Below the pieces are notes generated by a model. That model saw nothing but the letters and a program-made list of their open reading frames with translations, was not told the origin of the DNA and did not search any database. A program made the translations under genes and the position numbers. A stretch of DNA of 62,581 bases, filler included, from Syncephalis fuscata S228 (taxonomy: Eukaryota; Fungi; Zoopagomycota): the NCBI GenBank assembly GCA_025786725.1. It is 4 parts of 4 records of this genome, joined end to end, with 100 filler letters (N's around TTAATTAATTAA, not from the genome) between each part and the next. Parts side by side here need not be neighbours in the genome. Positions count along the whole stretch, not along the records: positions 1 to 16,847 come from JAHLTZ010000198.1; 3 more parts are not named here. One strand, 5' to 3'. This document shows, in pieces, positions 1 to 13,597 of the stretch (the stretch's first letter is position 1; each line of letters starts with the position of its first letter).

Positions 1-327
1 TGGCTTTAAATAGGCACCATTAGGAACTGAAAGATTATTCAAGCCAGGTATTTGCGCAATAGTACGCAATGAGTCTTCTGATATTGCTGTTACTGCTACT
101 GTGTCTTCTACCACCACTGCCGGCTTTTCTAGTTCTGGTGTTGTCGTCGTCGTCGTCACTCCAGATACGTTTGCTGCCGTTGTTTGTTCTATCACCGGTG
201 TTGTTTTAGTCAGGCTAGCAAGTGCATTGTCTTGCACATACTTGTCGACCGACCATGCCTGTCGTAAGATGGCGAAGAAAAAGACAAATCGCACGATAGC
301 TTGCAACATCATATACCAGGAAATCAT
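1..327 (-). CDS. 5' part of a hypothetical secreted or membrane protein, running off the window edge
   Basis: Open minus-strand frame MISWYMMLQAIVRFVFFFAILRQAWSVDKYVQ...TTTTTPELEKP...; hydrophobic N-terminus then a Thr-rich stretch; no stop before position 1. Start codon uncertain. Confidence 0.5.
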   Translation of the reverse strand, partial: MISWYMMLQAIVRFVFFFAILRQAWSVDKYVQDNALASLTKTTPVIEQTTAANVSGVTTTTTTPELEKPAVVVEDTVAVTAISEDSLRTIAQIPGLNNLSVPNGAYLKP

Positions 328-2298
328 CCTGGACAAGTCATGCACCCAACACCTTGACTTTAATACGCAAAGTAATGACGGCAATACCCTGTGAATATGC
401 AATGGCAGGGATGAAGATAATAAAGGAGTACAGTAGGTGTGAATAGCGTTGTTACAATTATGTCATGTGTGTATATACGATAAGGGCGCGCATGTGTGCT
501 TGTAACTATATTTACCAAGTGAAAAGGATGACGCGTCGCAGTTTAAACAGATGAGCAGATAAGAAGAGAAATTTAAAAGGAGCAAACGAGCGCTTGTGTC
601 ATTCGCTGTTCATCAAAGTTGTAGTTCCAATTACTAGCAATTAATATTTCAGTTATTTAATCCTAAAGTATTATTTGTGTTGTAAACTATCCATCGTTAT
701 TCCTACCGTTATTTATTATTCTTGGCCATGTTGCTTTATAGCGTTATTAGACAATATTGAAAATAATTGCCATTCCGCAGTATATCCTATAACTCTAGAA
801 TTACTGTTTTAATGCTTTATATACTTTAATATTCAAAATCTAGTTAATGAAATACACAACGCGTATTATTAAAACTTTATTAAGACAATGCTTAGACAAG
901 TAAATAAATATAAAAAAGATGAAAAACAGAATAGTGAGATACAGTCTATAAAAGTAACGTGAATAGTGTAAACAATAAAATGATAACTATATATCTAGTT
1001 ACAGTTGTTATCAATAAATTATTACAACATATTTAATTGAAACAATTATAATAATTAAACCCATTAAATTTGTAGTAAAAGAATAAAACGATTTTTGTAC
1101 TATTCGTTGAATTGTATACTTTATAGTAGTGTCGGAGATTTAGAAAAATCTTATTGCGAATTAATTAAAATATGTGAACGTAACTTTAATAATTTGTAAG
1201 GATTTTAGCAGAGTTAAAACACCGCTAAATTAAATAATTGATAAGATTGTAAATTAAACAAAGTATGCTCATAAAACATGCCAGTATTAAAACAGGAAAT
1301 GTCGTAAAAACGATACAATCATCAAGCATGCTAGCAATGAATCTATAAATACATTCAAGAGTATTGCTTGTTCTTTATAGTTATCATTTATTACAGATAC
1401 ACATGTCAAAACCATTAAAGATCCCGTGTAAGTTTGCATCAGAACAAACAATGGAATTGTGACTTGGTGTCCGTGCTAGATTTCACTATGACCCAGGCTA
1501 TTGCTGATGGCAATTAAAACACCGTTAAGCTGAATAAATAGCTTTTTAGTTCATACATACTAGCAAATAACGATATTTTTAGCACGACTGGTTTGGTTCA
1601 CATGTTAAAAAACAGTTAGTTGCTTTGTCCATTGGTTGTTGCTCAGTAGCCTGTTGCAACAAAATAACGTTTTTGTGCTATAATTGGCCTGTTGATATCG
1701 CCGACATTGTTTTGTCTATTCTGGCTTTGTTCAGCAACTGGTCGCTATTATTATGCAAAGTACAAAGAGTTATTTGAACAAAGAAAACATTACATTTATG
1801 TGATTGGTTCAATTGAACTTTAGTGTTGAAATTGAGAAGCGTGGTGATTAAATTAGGAAATATTATATTGCATTGTCAATGGCTCTATGGCCTTAGCCAT
1901 TTAAGTAAAGCAGTACTTTGTCACTTTGCTTTCCTTGCATTGTGCTTGTGCGTAGTAGCATTCGGAGAACATTCTGGCCCCCGTCAGCTACGTTGTTCTA
2001 TGCAGCTAAAAACCGGTTGCTTTCATGGTTCTTTCAGCCATACTGAAACATTGAACGAATAGCGTCTTTGTAGGCTGCATAATTATGGTAACACAACAAT
2101 CAATTGATTCTTGCGTCTTATTGTTTCTAATGCACATTGCTAATAATACTGTTCAATTCCAAGCCTTTTAAAATATGTATAAATATTGGATAGATATGCA
2201 GCTAATATGCCATACTACAACTCAATAGCCACTATTAACTAATAGTTTACAATCCTTTCAAATTCTGCACCTCTATTACTACACCAAAAATTACCAAT

Positions 2299-4290
2299 AT
2301 GCGTTCTACATTTGTTATCTTCGCCGTCAGTATGCTTGTTGCAGCGCTTCAGCACTCGGCAGAATCGCTTCCTCTTTTAAGCTCTTCTCAATCAAGTGCT
2401 TCAGTCGAGGCCAGTGTAAGCGGCTTACTTAATCTTGGTATTGGCATTAACACTGGCAATGACCAAAAGCAGCCTTCAAATCAAGCAAGCAGCGGTGGCG
2501 GCAATACCGCCTACGGCAGCAACACTAATAAAAACGGTGGCGCTAGCACTGGCTACGGTACTAACACTGGCACCAGCACCTCTGGTGGCAACGCGACCGT
2601 AAATAATACTAATAAGTCAAGCGGTGGTGACACTACTACTGGTGGATATACATCACGCACCACCGGTTACAATACATCCAATGGTGGTAGCAATGTTCCT
2701 ATTACCCCAAGAAGTGGCTATGGCACATCCACTGGTACAACAAACGGTGGTGGCTCTACCCCAGGCACTCCAAGCACCTCAAGTGGTGGCAGCACTGGTA
2801 CCGGTACTCCTAATGGTGGTAACACTACTGGCAAGGGCACTCCTGACTGCGATACCAAAACTGGTACTGGTACTGGTACTGGCACTGGCACTGGCAAGCC
2901 AACTGGTGACAGCTCTACTGGTAAGGGCACTCCAAACACTCCAAGCACTCCAAGCACTCCAAGCACTCCAAATACTCCAAGCACTGGCTATGGTACCAGC
3001 ACCGGTACTGGCAAACCAACTGGTGACAGCTCCACTGGTAAGGGCACACCAAGTACTCCAAGCATACCAAGTACTCCAAGCACACCAAGTACTCCAAGCA
3101 CACCAAGTACTCCAAGCACACCAAGTACTCCAAGCACTCCAAGTACTCCAAGCACTCCAAATACTCCAAGTACTCCAAATACTCCAAGCACTGGCTATGG
3201 TACCAGCACCGGTACTGGCAAACCAACTGGTGACAGCTCCACTGGTAAGGGCACACCAAGTACTCCAAGCACACCAAGTACTCCAAGTACTCCAAGCACA
3301 CCAAGTACTCCAAATACTCCAAGCACTCCAAATACTCCAAATACTCCAAATACTCCAAATACTCCAAGCACTGCCTATGGCACTAGCACCGGTACTGGCA
3401 AGCCAAATGGCGATAGCTCTACTGATAGTGGTGATGACGACTGCGATACTGAGACTGATACTGGTACTGGCACTGGCAAGCCAACTGGTGATAGCTCCAC
3501 TGGTAAGGGTACTCCAAGTACTCCAAGCACTCCAAGCACTAGCTATGGCACCAGCACTGGCACTGGCAAGCCAACTGGTGACAGCTCCACTGGTAAGGGC
3601 ACACCAAGTACTCCAAGCACACCAAGTACTCCAAGCACTGGCTATGGCACCAGCACTGGCACTGGCACTGGCACTGGCAAGCCAACTGGTGACAGCTCCA
3701 CTGGTAAGGGCACACCAAGTACTCCAAGCACTGGCTACGGCACCAGCACTGGCACTGGCACTGGCAAGCCAACTGGTGACAGCTCCACTGGTAAGGGTAC
3801 TCCAAGCACTCCAAGCACTAGCTACGGTACCAGCACTGGGACTGGCACTGGAACTGGCAAACCAACTGGTGATAGCTCCACTGGTAAGGGTACTCCAAGC
3901 ACTCCAAGTACTCCAAGCACACCAAGTACTCCAAGCACTCCAAGCACTCCAAGCACTGGCTACGGTACCAGCACTGGCACTGGCACTGGCACTGGCACTG
4001 GCACTGGCAAACCAACTGGTGATAGCTCCACTGGTAAGGGTACTCCAAGCACTCCAAGCACTCCAAGCACTGGCTACGGTACCAGCACTGGCACTGGCAC
4101 TGGCACTGGCACTGGCACTGGCACTGGCAAACCAACTGGTGATAGCTCCACTGGTAAGGGTACTCCAAGCACTCCAAGCACTAGCTATGGCACCAGCACT
4201 GGAACTGGCAAACCAACTGGTGATAGCTCCACTGGCAAGGGCACTGCTGACTGCGATAAGACTAAAAATACCGGCAAATCTGCCTACTAA
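2299..4290 (+). CDS. Secreted Gly/Thr/Ser/Pro-rich tandem-repeat protein (mucin-like or cell-surface), 663 aa
   Basis: Single long ORF; signal peptide [23 protein letters not shown]; repeats of [20 protein letters not shown] and (TPS)n; TATAAA at ~2178. Confidence 0.85.
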   Translation: MRSTFVIFAVSMLVAALQHSAESLPLLSSSQSSASVEASVSGLLNLGIGINTGNDQKQPSNQASSGGGNTAYGSNTNKNGGASTGYGTNTGTSTSGGNATVNNTNKSSGGDTTTGGYTSRTTGYNTSNGGSNVPITPRSGYGTSTGTTNGGGSTPGTPSTSSGGSTGTGTPNGGNTTGKGTPDCDTKTGTGTGTGTGTGKPTGDSSTGKGTPNTPSTPSTPSTPNTPSTGYGTSTGTGKPTGDSSTGKGTPSTPSIPSTPSTPSTPSTPSTPSTPSTPSTPSTPSTPNTPSTPNTPSTGYGTSTGTGKPTGDSSTGKGTPSTPSTPSTPSTPSTPSTPNTPSTPNTPNTPNTPNTPSTAYGTSTGTGKPNGDSSTDSGDDDCDTETDTGTGTGKPTGDSSTGKGTPSTPSTPSTSYGTSTGTGKPTGDSSTGKGTPSTPSTPSTPSTGYGTSTGTGTGTGKPTGDSSTGKGTPSTPSTGYGTSTGTGTGKPTGDSSTGKGTPSTPSTSYGTSTGTGTGTGKPTGDSSTGKGTPSTPSTPSTPSTPSTPSTPSTGYGTSTGTGTGTGTGTGKPTGDSSTGKGTPSTPSTPSTGYGTSTGTGTGTGTGTGTGKPTGDSSTGKGTPSTPSTSYGTSTGTGKPTGDSSTGKGTADCDKTKNTGKSAY

Positions 4291-7200
4291 GTCTTGTATG
4301 CGTAACAATATAACTGTTGTTTATTAATAAATATATTCCTAAATGCATACTATTCTAGTATTATAAGTTTAAACTTTTACAATTGATTAGCTTGCTACAC
4401 AACAATGATCTTTAATAAAATAAAATAATTACATGCACAATTTTTAAAGTATTTAAACAGCTTTTCTATTCAGAAGTTAAGGCAAATTATTTAACATTTT
4501 TATTGTTATTGAAAAATGTAATCGAAAAGATTGTTAGTAATAAAATAAGCATTCTAACTGATTAGTTGATATGACTATGTGTAATAATTGAAAATGGTCC
4601 AATAACTATACAATTCTTAGTATCGAAGAATTGGAAACCATAAATGCTATCATACATTCCAAGTGTTATTTTTACGCACATAGAAATAACTATATAAACT
4701 AGTATTGAACATTAGTAATAAAAATAAACTTTTCCTAAATCCCTGACCTCCCTGACTAAAATTATAAGCTTTTTCCAATCCCTGACCATACTGTTAAAAT
4801 ATTAAATTAGTATATAACAGCTAACAAAAATATAAATTAGTAGAGCTACTGTACTTTTACTTTCATATTTTTATTTACTCATTTCACTCCTTAGCACTTA
4901 AATACAATTAAACATTCACTCATAACTATAACATGTATAATCTTATATCCAACATTAATTAATTTATGTGCAATTATCAATACAATAATGTAATTAAATA
5001 TGCACATTACGGTATTAGGTGAAGTTGAAATAACATTTAATAAAATAAACGACTTTTTACACTGAATTGTTAAATATCTTTGTCGAAAATGGTCTACAAG
5101 TATAAAAAGAATAAAATAATTGCGATTACTAAATATGATTGTTACAATATGCAAATGTGGTTCAAGTAAACAGAAACAAGATAGAAAAAAATAGATCACA
5201 ACACTTTGGTGTGCAGGATGACAAACAGACAACAGAAGTAATGAGGAACGATATGGAATTGCAATCATATGGCTTCTATTAATATTCAATCAATCTTTCT
5301 ACGCATAGCCAACAACAATAATAATTGACCTCAAACGTTTCAAAGAAATCAAATAGTATGTTACACTATTTATTAAATCAATTTATTAACAATATTTTAA
5401 TATGAAGTAATATAGCTATGCTGTGCATAATAATGGCATGACTTTGATTGGAACAAATTGTGTTTTAGGGACAGATGTGGGAGTCAAAGTACAGTAGTTA
5501 TTCACTTTATACACGCACATTTCAATCATTGCTTTCCTTCTTTGCTCTCGCTCTCTCGCCCCTCTCCACATAGTATATTGCAGAAAGAAAAGTTTATTTT
5601 GCACTGAGTTGCTTTATAATTGCACGCTGTATTCGTGTATTTTGCACTTTTGCAGTATATGCAGAAACCGGAAATGCTGCTCAGACTAAGTTAGAGCAGT
5701 TACGAAATAACATTGGGCTGCCTAAGATAGCGTTGCAGTGTTTTATAATATTACTTATTTGCATTGGTCAGCAATGGTTAATGTAGACACAGATAGTGCT
5801 GCTTATCTGTAAGCTGCGCTGAAACTGTATTATCTGTGCCTTTAGCAGCCAATGATGGATTTTCGCATAAACATGGATATTGCTGTTTAGTTGTAGCTTA
5901 CATTAAACAGTATATTGCTTGTGCTTTTATTGGCCAGTAATGGTTTGATATGAGCATAAATGTTGGTTATTTTTTATAAAACACTAAGCGTTGGTTTGCA
6001 TTATTTATTGCTTAGGCTATGAAGAGATGTAGCGCGCCGGTACTGGCTCAAAGTAATGCTTACTTTTAGGCTGCGCTGAAAGGAACAGATTTGGCGACTG
6101 GTTACTTTGATGTTCAGGCTAGAATGTATTTTAAAAACAAAGATGGCTAGCAATGTTTGCAATGGTCAATATGATTTGTGTTATAATTCCATATCCATTA
6201 ATTTCAAACCAAACTTTGCTAATGATATTTGGAGTGTCCATGGCACGTCATTTCGATTATTTTCAGTAAGGCCATTTTTTTCTGCATTTTACGACTTGCC
6301 ATGTGTAGTATACTGTACAGTTTAATAGGCTATACAAACGAGTTGTACTTTTTGCCATTTATAATGCGCTTTAAAACTGCTTTTAAATGATTTAGTATTA
6401 AGTGCACAAGACAGAGTTAATGACCGAGCTTTATAATATAATAGTAATTATAGTTACTTGAAAATGGGTTTATATAAAGCAAAGTAATTGCTCGTTGTCG
6501 CTGCACTTGATACTGTGCCATATATGTCAGCCTATAATGGGATGTGGCATATACGAGCACGCTATTTAATTGCAGGGGATTACTAGTAAGGGTTTTTTTT
6601 AGCGGCGGAAATTGTTTAATGCATATCATTATTGCACCCTTGGTTTCATGTGCGAGATGAGCTATCTAGGGGCCTACACTGATATGCTTTAGATGATTTT
6701 GCGCACTAAGATATTCCCCTAGCAATACCAATGTGCAGGTGGTGTTATATATTTGTTTGCGACAAGCAAAAGTTCCCAGATGTAGCTATAGGCAATCTAG
6801 CAGATTTAATGTGCCATGTAACATTGCGCATTTCTTCGTAAAGTCCTATGGTGAACCTGGATAGCAACGACACATTGTAAGCAGCTATATTAACGCTACC
6901 AATCGCCGTAAAGTCGTCTGGTAAAACGCGAATGGATATTTAAAAGCCATAAATGGCTAGTATATAGATATTACAAGCCTCAGTTGCTTTTATTGCTGGT
7001 GCTTCTGGTAAGGCGCTATTTATGTTTTTAAATGGAAATTTGTATGTTAGTCAGTTAACTTTGCATCCCATCCCTCTTTTTAATACTTTTGAAATTGTAT
7101 ACATCAACTAAGCACAAAAATATAGCAAAACACAATATCAATAGCACAAACCAACAACACAAACATGAACAAAACAAATAGGAATAACAGCAACCAAGTA

Positions 7201-8927
7201 CGCAATTGTTATGCGATGTTTATTGCTAACCAATGCTGAATACAGCAGCTTAACCGATTTTGGACCATTACCAGTAATAAGCAATGCGGCCAAGCTATAT
7301 CTACTGGACTTTCAACCTTCTGTCGTATGTAGTTTGTGGCATTAATTATTGCTTATGGATTGGCATTTTCCTACTGACCACTACAATACCTACAAGACAT
7401 CACCACTGCTTGGCATGGTTTTATAAATGGTTAATTGTTTGTAAAGCTTTGTTTCTGTTCATTTTTTATCCGCCAAGTAGATTTTACTGTTGTTGCCGCC
7501 ATGTCTATCACTGTCAAATTACCGTCGTAATCTTCGCCGATATTACTACTTTATTTAATTATGCAACATTTACCATTTACCAGTACTTAATAAATTATCA
7601 TTTTTGTTATTTCAATTATTATTGGTGCTTATTAATAATTTTATTAGATTGCATGCTACAGCTGATATCATTTTGGATACAATACTGCACAAGTAATAGA
7701 TGTGTAAATTATTAATTCTATACTACATTTAGCTTTATAACATATATTTTATTATTAAATCGCCGCTTTAATCCAGTGTGATTTGTTTTTAAATATTACT
7801 ATGCGTTCAATATGTATTATAAATATTATTAATATAACTAATTTCTTATTTATGATACTTATATATATATATATATTAAAAAATCAGAGTAATAATACAC
7901 TTGATTAAATATACTTGATTAAACATATTTTATTACTTTATTTGGAGTAAGAAGTGTTTTACTACTCTCAATATTGTATATGTATTGATCAGTCGTGGTA
8001 TCCACTATAATAATAATAATAGCATACTTAATTTAATTTAGGTATTAGTTTTGTAAACGATTACTAAAGTCTAATCAAAAATCAAGATATGTGGTCATCC
8101 AAGCATTAGCAGATAAATGGTTCCAGATTCAAGAAGTAGTAAATAAGCTATCATTCATCTCAACTCCAGACATGCCGTCAGAAGATCTATTAAGTGCAGA
8201 TCCAGCTCCGATTTCTACGTCAAGTAACGATGGCAATAGCAGGCGAGCATTGCTGGATACTTCCCCAAAACCAGTCAAGCGGCGTAAGAAAGGTAAGTCA
8301 CATGCAAAACAATTGTTGTATGTTAATTAACCGTTTATTAGATTTGTTGCCGCAAATAATTTGTTTATTTCTTTGTCTCAATTAACAAATTTGTATAAAA
8401 TAATTGTCTGTTTAACAGTGTCGTTATCTACAACCATGTACTTCTTGCAATAATATACTAATACTTTATCATTAGATGTTACATTCTACGATTATATTAA
8501 ACTTTGGTGTCGAATAATTTTTATTCTTTTAATAATTCGCTATTATACTGAAATTACGTTCTATGATGATAAGTGTTTTTTGGTGTAAATGACTTTTATT
8601 ATATTTAATTGATCTTTTAGTATACTGAATATATGTTCTATAATAATGAATGTTTTTTGTGTTAAATAATTTTTATTCATTTACTATTAATCTGTTCTAT
8701 GATGTACCAACATGTTGGGTAGATTGACTTTTATTATTTACATTCCATTTATTAATGAATTAAACTCGGCTGTTTATAAATATTGACTGACAGGCTCACA
8801 TCTCACAATCTACGTCATCACATTTCCTTTCTCTTTCTTTACACTTGATAGCATATATCCATTGCATATACTTGTACACTTCATATATGCTAACTAGATA
8901 GTGTTAGTAGTCGACCGACTACTAGTT

Positions 8928-9361
8928 ATGTACAAACACCTTCTACACTATGTATTTGCATTGCTTTTTTGTAATCTAACCTTCATTACTCCAATCATTG
9001 ATATTGGCAGTTTTATTGACACTGTAGGTACATTTCTGGTTTGTTTTATATTATGTTGAGTATATACTGTTAAAATCTTGTTGTATGCTTTGTTTTTGCT
9101 ATAGATAATTGCAGATCATTTGGTAGCAGCTTGTGCAATCTTACCAGTAACAGCACGATCTACTACTATCAAGACGATACAAGCTATTGCCAATACAGCT
9201 TGCAGTCGCAATCTATAGCAAAGCAAAAGCATATAATGATTTTGACAGCATACAGCCACTACAGTCATCGTACACAGCAGCTTTACACACACAACAGTAG
9301 TAATATTAGAAGCAATACTACTATTGCTACTGTTGTATATGCACAATCGTCAACACGATAA
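8928..9361 (+). CDS. Putative two-exon small secreted protein (~118 aa)
   Basis: Exon 1 8928-9027 MYKHLLHYVFALLFCNLTFITPIIDIGSFIDTV; 77-nt GT..TAG intron 9028-9104; joins in frame to the 9131-9361 ORF frame (DNCRSFGSSLCNLTS...). No homology recognised. Confidence 0.3.
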
Positions 9362-9664
9362 CTGCATAGACTATAGCTTCTGTTACTTCTTTACCAATAA
9401 AATGATATATACGTACTGGATAATAATTTACACTAATGAGTATTCGATGCCTGATGCCACTCACCACCCATCATTATGTTCAATAAAACGAATGTTTAGT
9501 TCAATTACGCAAATATGATTAATTGATGCTGTTTGACATTCAAATCACAATAAATGTGATGATTCGATTAGTTAATAATATAATTATTTGCACACATCAT
9601 CAATATTAGTTAATGAAAACGATTTATAGTTTAAAACATAGAAACATATAAAATTGGCCACGCT

Positions 9665-12547
9665 TTAGTTATCATCATCGTTTGAATCGTCGCCATCATC
9701 CGAATCGTCGTCGTCGTCGTCGTCGTCATCCGAACCATCAGCATTATTTTGCTTCTTTGCTGCTTTCGCTTGAAGCGCCGACTCCATTTTAAGCTATCGA
9801 ACCAATCATTAGCATAATAGTATATCTACGTCATTTGTCTTGTAATATGTCCTACCTTCCATTGGTGTGCCATCTCCAATAATTTAAGATTTTGTTGTTG
9901 CGAATCGTCGTCTGGAAAGATGTAATCGTAGTATTCCTCCCAAGCCTCGCCAGTTTGACCACCCGCCTCGTTGTCTTCCACCTTTCTGCGACGTTTAACA
10001 ACCTTGGGCATCTGCTGAGCAACTTGTTTCTGTGTGGCAGCATTACCGTGGTGTGTTTCCATTTCACGCCACGCTTCAAGTAATAAAACACGCTACCATA
10101 TAGCTAGTTAGTATACAAAGTACTATAGCAAAAGCTACAATAAATAAAATAGTTACCTCTTCTTTAAGTCCTCGCTGTTTCATACTGTCATAAGCACGTT
10201 TAAACGTTCTACGTGCTCGCTCTACACGTTCAGCCACGGCCGTTTCGTCCTCTTCTGCATCACTTGCCATGGCCGACAGTTCAAAGTGTGCATAGCTGAT
10301 CCATACCTATAGCAGTTATTGTGAGTATTGGCAGGCTTATGCTATCATTTTCTCTCTTCACACTTGCCTTGACATGTTCGGTACGTTGTAATAAGCGCTC
10401 ATACAATTTACGTGTATGTTCAAATTCACCCAGCTCGAATTCAAAGTCAATATACGCCTTCCACAATAATTCAGGCATATCTAATGCTGGCTGACTAACG
10501 GCCAATTCAAATATGGCTCGTGCTCGGTCATCATCGCCTAAGGAGCGTTCCAATTCGGCAAATCGTATCCAAGCCGTACAATGAGCTGGATCAAACTCGA
10601 GATATTTCGTGTAGAGGATACGGCAACGATCGAATTCACGAAGCTAGTCATTGTATAAGTAAGAAATAAATCATATTGATTATGTAAAATGTAAATACCT
10701 CCAATTCCAATTCGATGTAGCCTTTAAACAGTCGATGTTTTGGTGCTTTACCTATTTTATATTGCATATTAATAACTATTTATGTTAATTACATCAATGC
10801 TAATGAACTTACCAATACCAATACCTAGCATTTTTCTGGCTGCAGTAATGTTCAATCGACGAATTTCAAATCGTGCTGCTAATAGCCAAATCTTGGCAAA
10901 GGTAAATTGTTTATGAGGAATTAAACGTATACATTCTTGGTACACTTGACGCGCACGCTCGTAATCCTACACCATTGTAAGTCCATAGTCATTATTAGTA
11001 TACAGTATATTACCTTAGTCGTTAGCTCTTCATATAAAGCATAGTTAATCCAAAGATAGATGTAACGCCGCCAGTGGCGCTTTTCTTCAGATGGTGGCAT
11101 TTGTGCAATAGCTCGTTCGTATACATCACGAACCCGGTCCTGGTCACCAGCCTCTTCCTCTAGTCGGGCATAATCAAACCATGCATCGTAGTTGCGCGGA
11201 TTCTCTTGTACTTGCTATAGCATATAACACAATATAGGCTTAATATTAAACTCATTTATCATCATTTAACCTTACCTCTTCATACTGAGCGCGTCGTTTA
11301 GCAATGACTACATTCTCAATTTCATCCTGATCACCAAATCGTTTCTCAAACTGTGTGTACTGCTTATAAAGCGCCTCAGACTTTGACTTTGGCATTCTTT
11401 CCAAAGCATATTTGTAGATGGAACGAGCTCGTTCATACTAACCACATTTGATTTGTTAATACACCACTGTTAATTATAATAGCAAGATAATCCCACTCAT
11501 CGCCGCTTACCTCTCGTTGTTTCGTTTCAAATTTAGCAAAAGCAATTACTAATTTCTGATCCATATGATCATCGCCCAGGAATTGAAATGCATTATCAAA
11601 TATTTCTCGTACTTGATCTAGTAATGACTATTAATATTATACTAATGCATTTTAGTGGCTATCACCTACCAACATTACTTAAATCTTCTTCAAACTTGAC
11701 CCATTTTAGCCAGTTCTTTGTAACTGGATGGACCTGAACAAAACGACGATATATGGCACGTGCCCGGTCCTCCTCCTCATATCGCATCTCCATTTTGGCA
11801 TAAGCCATCCAGGCCGGTTCTTCTGGCTGCCATTGCATCCACCGCTCGAATATCTGACGAGCACCATTAACGTTACCCAACATCTCCTCCATATAAGTGT
11901 ATTTCAGCCTATTTGTATTACATTATTGTGCTATTCTTTTACAAACATTAACATTAGCTTACCAAAACTGATCAACGCGCGGTAATAACGAAACAACTCG
12001 ATCGAATAAGTTACGCGCACGATTAATATTACGATGCTTCATCTCCATCTCGGTGTATTTTAGATACAATGCAATATTACGTGGATCAATTTCCAATGCA
12101 CGTTCGTAAATAGAACGCGCTCTATAAATACATTACAATTATTGTTATTAGTATAAATATAATTAATGTAATTAATATAAATATACTACCTTGTAATTTC
12201 TTCTTGACTTTGCTCCCAAGCAGCATAGTTAAGCCATGTGCCAATATGAATGCGATTTCGTCGTACCATATCCTCAAATGCCTTACGCTTTTGCATACGA
12301 TATTCGTTAAGTTCTTCGCGATCTGTAATCTTTTGTCGAGGGGCAGCCACTGCTACTTCACGGAATTCATGTGCTTCGCGCATCAGCTGTTCAGCTGTAA
12401 TCTGAACTGCGGCCGGATTCTTATTTTTGATCTAGAACGATGCTGTAGTTATACTAACCGTATCTATAGCCAAGATACTTTTCTGCTTACCTTGGGCACG
12501 CGACCGCCCCGATCGTACCCACCAGGCACCTGCTGTTGTTGCTCCAT
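9665..12547 (-). CDS. CLF1: Pre-mRNA splicing factor Clf1/Syf3/crooked neck (HAT repeats), multi-exon
   Basis: Exons encode [72 protein letters not shown] and [11 protein letters not shown], plus an acidic tail; canonical short GT-AG introns. Confidence 0.95.
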
Positions 12548-12785
12548 ATTGTCTGTAATAACAGTAGCAGTAGTAGTAGTAGCAGTAGTAGTAGTAGTAA
12601 TTTAATAGTAGCAAATAACAAAATGACAGCGTTGTATAAGAAGAAAGCTAGACTGTGTAGAAAAGTGTATTTGAGGTGGAGGTTGCCAAAACTTTTGAAT
12701 CTTGGCCCTTGTGATCCAGTAGACGAACCAGCTTCTTCTCTTCTTCTTTTTCTTCAATTCACGTTTACAGCTATTAAGAATCAGT
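12548..12785. promoter_or_regulatory. Short divergent (bidirectional) promoter region shared by CLF1 and the uS14m gene; contains an (AGT/AGC)n tract
   Basis: Head-to-head ATGs only 238 bp apart. Confidence 0.5.
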
Positions 12786-13085
12786 ATGAAGTCGCGTATT
12801 CTACGGGATATTCGTATTCGATCCGGCGTGTCGGCCGCTGAAATACAACGACAAGCATATCGTTATATTACGCACAACGAACAATTACCGGCGCGTATTC
12901 GCCATCAAGCACAACTTGCGCTTAACAACTTTCCACGCGACACTAGACCAGTTGCCGTGAATAACCGCTGCGTGATCACTGGTCGTGGTCGTGGTGTTTT
13001 ACGCGATTTCCGTATGTGTCGCTTCCAATTCCGTCTTCATGCACTTAATGGCCAATTGCCTGGTGTTATGAAGAGCACTTGGTAA
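12786..13085 (+). CDS. MRP2: Mitochondrial ribosomal protein uS14m
   Basis: [24 protein letters not shown]...[11 protein letters not shown] is the S14 signature; intronless, 99 aa. Confidence 0.92.
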   Translation: MKSRILRDIRIRSGVSAAEIQRQAYRYITHNEQLPARIRHQAQLALNNFPRDTRPVAVNNRCVITGRGRGVLRDFRMCRFQFRLHALNGQLPGVMKSTW

Positions 13086-13597
13086 TATACACGCCAACAA
13101 TGGGATTTCTTACAATACAGCATTAGCTAATTTGTCCATTAATAAAATTACTACATTATAACCTTTATTACTACTAATACAATTATTGCTGCTTTTGAAT
13201 GGCTATTTATATATACGTTATAGTTATTGGCATATCTTGATATTAAATTTATATGCAGAAATACTACTACTCTACCACAATACTGACTGGCTTATCTTGC
13301 CAGTAGTCGGTTATTTCGGTTAATCTAAAGCAAATCCGATACTACCTTAGCGCTTTTTAATGCTATCCTGTAGAAACTAAGGCCATAAAAGGCATTAAGA
13401 TAATGGCATGAATCTAATAATTAATTGCCGAACCAAGGTCTTGGACTAGTATTAGTATATAAACAAGCTATTGAATTGTATCTGCAGCGATAGTTTAACA
13501 TTCAACACAGATGAAAACGCCAACACGACACATTACGCTTAAGTTCTGCCTTTATTGTTTGTTTTTCTTTAATCAGCTTAATTATTTTACTAGTATA

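Noticed and set aside
2624-4327. Long alternative-frame and antisense ORFs (567 aa, 509 aa, Cys/Gln-rich)
   Set aside because: Shadows of the repetitive, codon-biased 663-aa gene.
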